A DNA stretch of 63,465 nt, counting the filler, from Globobulimina sp. (lineage: Eukaryota): assembly GCA_003354225.1 (NCBI GenBank). It is 55 parts of 55 records of this genome, joined end to end, with 100 filler letters (N's around TTAATTAATTAA, not from the genome) between each part and the next. Parts side by side here need not be neighbours in the genome. Positions count along the whole stretch, not along the records: positions 61,256 to 62,310 come from PIVH01024707.1; positions 62,411 to 63,465 come from PIVH01024708.1; 53 more parts are not named here. One strand, written 5' to 3'. The notes under the pieces are model-generated. The model made no database searches. It saw nothing but the letters and a program-made list of their open reading frames with translations, and was not told where the DNA came from. Below, piece by piece: positions 61,424-63,465 of this stretch; position 1 is the first letter of the stretch; each line of letters starts with the position of its first letter. Position numbers and translations under genes: made by a program.

Positions 61424-61572
61424 AAAGAGCATCCTGTCTTCAGCGTCAGATTTTTATTGGGGTAAGGTATAAGCAAACCGTTTCTGGTGACTGATAAAGG
61501 TAAAAATAATATAGGTTTGCCTTCGTTTCTCAGAAACAATAAAGATATGACGCTGAAAACCGGATGCTCTTT
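61424..61572. mobile_element. 149-bp MITE-like element with 25-bp terminal inverted repeats
   Basis: 61424-61448 vs 61548-61572, 23/25 complementary; left end also at 59839. Confidence 0.85.
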
Positions 61573-61655
61573 TCTTTGCATAAATCATAACAAAATTAAA
61601 ACTCATCGTTAATGCTAGCTTAATTTGCACAGTATAAAAAGTTTTAACTAAAAAC

Positions 61656-62310
61656 ATGTCTTTTGATTCAATTCTAGCCAAAGTTAAATTACGCCATTTT
61701 GCATGTGCAATTGTATTTTTTACATTGCACTTTTGGTATGCAAACTACTTAAATATTAATCATAATGACATTGGATTTGGAACATTATCAATTAGTGGTG
61801 CAACCTCTCAACAATCACAACCAAATACTACAGATACCAATTATATTAATGATATCGATACTAATACATTAGGTTTTATTTATGTTCCCTGGCCACAAAA
61901 TAAATTATCAACATTAATTGTTCAAAATTCTGACTATAAAATCATTGATTTGGCCACAAACATTGAAGGGATAGATGCCATTGATTGGCCACTCCAATTA
62001 GATGGCAATAATACTAATTATACCAAGAGAATATTTAATGAATATTTACATAATGAATCGACAAGGACTGATAAATTATTTTGTATTGTACAAAATCCAT
62101 ATTTACGGGTGATTTCTGCCTTTGATATAACATCAAAGAAAAAGTGCCATCCAACTGTTTTAAATCGCGATATTGAAAAATGGAGTAAAGCAATACCAAA
62201 ATGGAGGAATGTAGAATTTGATAATTTTGATTTTAACTCATTACCGCAATATTTATACATAAATATATCAATATGTGACGATATATTATATTATGATACA
62301 TCGGATATCG
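61656..62310 (+). CDS. Type II membrane sulfotransferase-2-like protein, degenerate, 3'-partial
   Basis: N-terminal TM, FIYVP, FCIVQNPYLRVISAF, LPQYLYI. Confidence 0.7.
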
Positions 62311-62410
62311 NNNNNNNNNNNNNNNNNNNNNNNNNNNNNNNNNNNNNNNNNNNNTTAATTAATTAANNNNNNNNNNNNNNNNNNNNNNNNNNNNNNNNNN
62401 NNNNNNNNNN

Positions 62411-62656
62411 AGAGATATTTTGTAGTTTAATGTCTTTGCATAAAATGGGAAATGAGATACATGTGAATTGGAATGGTGTTAGATTTTGTAAAGGTTTATC
62501 GATCGCGAATGTGTTTGATATTGTAGCTACAGACCCATTCTCAATAAGCATCATGTAACGGGAATTCATGAAAATGAAAGCAAAGCTGAACGAGATAATG
62601 ATGCCATTCAATATACCAATTAAGGTTTTATAACGAAGGAGAACATGCTTTGTCAT
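62411..62656 (-). CDS. Type II membrane protein N-terminus
   Basis: Basic N-terminus then hydrophobic helix; open to contig edge. Confidence 0.5.
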
Positions 62657-62781
62657 TTTCTTATTCGTTATTTTCTTATAACATTTATTCTTTGGAACAT
62701 TTAACACTTTCAACAAACAAAAAACTGTAAACTTTACATTTCTACTTTCGCAGAATTTAACAACACCAAAAAGAGTCCATC

Positions 62782-63462
62782 ATGTATCGAAAAATTATTA
62801 CCCGACATTTCATTAAAACCACAAAACAACCATTTTTTGTTGCATCGCGTTCAGTTGCGTATGAAAGACGTAATAATTGTTTTATGCAATTAACCAGCGA
62901 GCATATTAAAATTAAAGCAACCTTGCAATCATTTGAGCGAATGTTAAATGGTATGAATAAAACAGCACATACCGTCTCAACAGAGGCCACAAAAGATATA
63001 AAAAATTACATCAAATTTATAACGCAGTATCAATTCATACACCACGAAAAAGAAGAGTATGTTTACTCGATATATGAACCTAAACGAGAGCCATGTTGTG
63101 TTGTTCGCATCGCGGAAGAAACTGTGCGAGCTGAACATGAAGACGTTGGTTTTGATTTTGCCGCACCTGGCAAAATGATGGCGTGTGGCTCAAAAGTAAT
63201 GAATGGAATATATGATTTACTTTCTGCAGAGGCAAATATTGATGTTAACCATGATATTATTGGAAAAGCATTATATTTTATAAAAAAAACCATTGAACAC
63301 ATGGACGAGGAGGATGATGAAATATATAATGATATTGAAGATAAATTAAACGCAGATGAAATTGAAAAAATTGATAATTTTTTTGCTGAATGTAATGCTA
63401 ATAAAGCAGAGGAAATTTATGAAAGTGAAAGATTAGCTGATGAATTACAACAAAAACATTAA
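62782..63462 (+). CDS. Hemerythrin/HHE-domain protein with mitochondrial-like presequence
   Basis: EH, HHEKEE, EH, H..EED..Y ligand pattern; first ~27 aa basic/hydroxylated with no acidic residue. Confidence 0.85.
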   Translation: MYRKIITRHFIKTTKQPFFVASRSVAYERRNNCFMQLTSEHIKIKATLQSFERMLNGMNKTAHTVSTEATKDIKNYIKFITQYQFIHHEKEEYVYSIYEPKREPCCVVRIAEETVRAEHEDVGFDFAAPGKMMACGSKVMNGIYDLLSAEANIDVNHDIIGKALYFIKKTIEHMDEEDDEIYNDIEDKLNADEIEKIDNFFAECNANKAEEIYESERLADELQQKH

Positions 63463-63465
63463 AAT

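Noticed and set aside
1058-62410. Regularly spaced TTAATTAATTAA as a CRISPR-like or biological repeat
   Set aside because: Always embedded in 44+44 N; it is an assembly linker
1-63465. Any operon or system inferred from neighbouring contigs (e.g. gag next to PEP-CTERM next to RT)
   Set aside because: Order reflects contig length only

Overview
This window is not one locus. It is a pseudo-scaffold of 55 unrelated contigs of 1055-1057 bp, sorted by length and joined by identical 100-bp spacers (N44-TTAATTAATTAA-N44, which has stops in all six frames). Gene neighbourhood across spacers is therefore meaningless and most genes are fragments. Most contigs look like one AT-rich protist with short spliceosomal introns (mostly 57-90 nt) and frequent GTT donors. 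The intron style and expanded families suggest a foraminiferan/rhizarian, but this is inference. Recognisable host genes include AP-1 gamma, PepN, cyclin B, NDUFA9, PCCA, a Ras/Rap GTPase, histone H3, a RhoGEF, DENN and C9orf72-like proteins, an MFS transporter, a cation channel and a hemerythrin. There are also Ty3/gypsy, non-LTR and DIRS-like retroelement fragments and several small dispersed repeats/MITEs. At least three contigs are non-host: a bacterial membrane polyferredoxin, a PEP-CTERM/P-domain gene and a phage contractile tail-sheath region. The most interesting items come from re-splicing by hand. They are an intron-split ADP-ribosyltransferase-like family, a stand-alone secreted PCSK9 C-terminal-module protein, a block-copolymer Gly/Met secreted protein, a putatively mitochondrial hemerythrin and several apparent pseudo-enzymes. 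No complete multi-gene system can be shown from 1-kb pieces. All family assignments are from motif recognition, not database searches.
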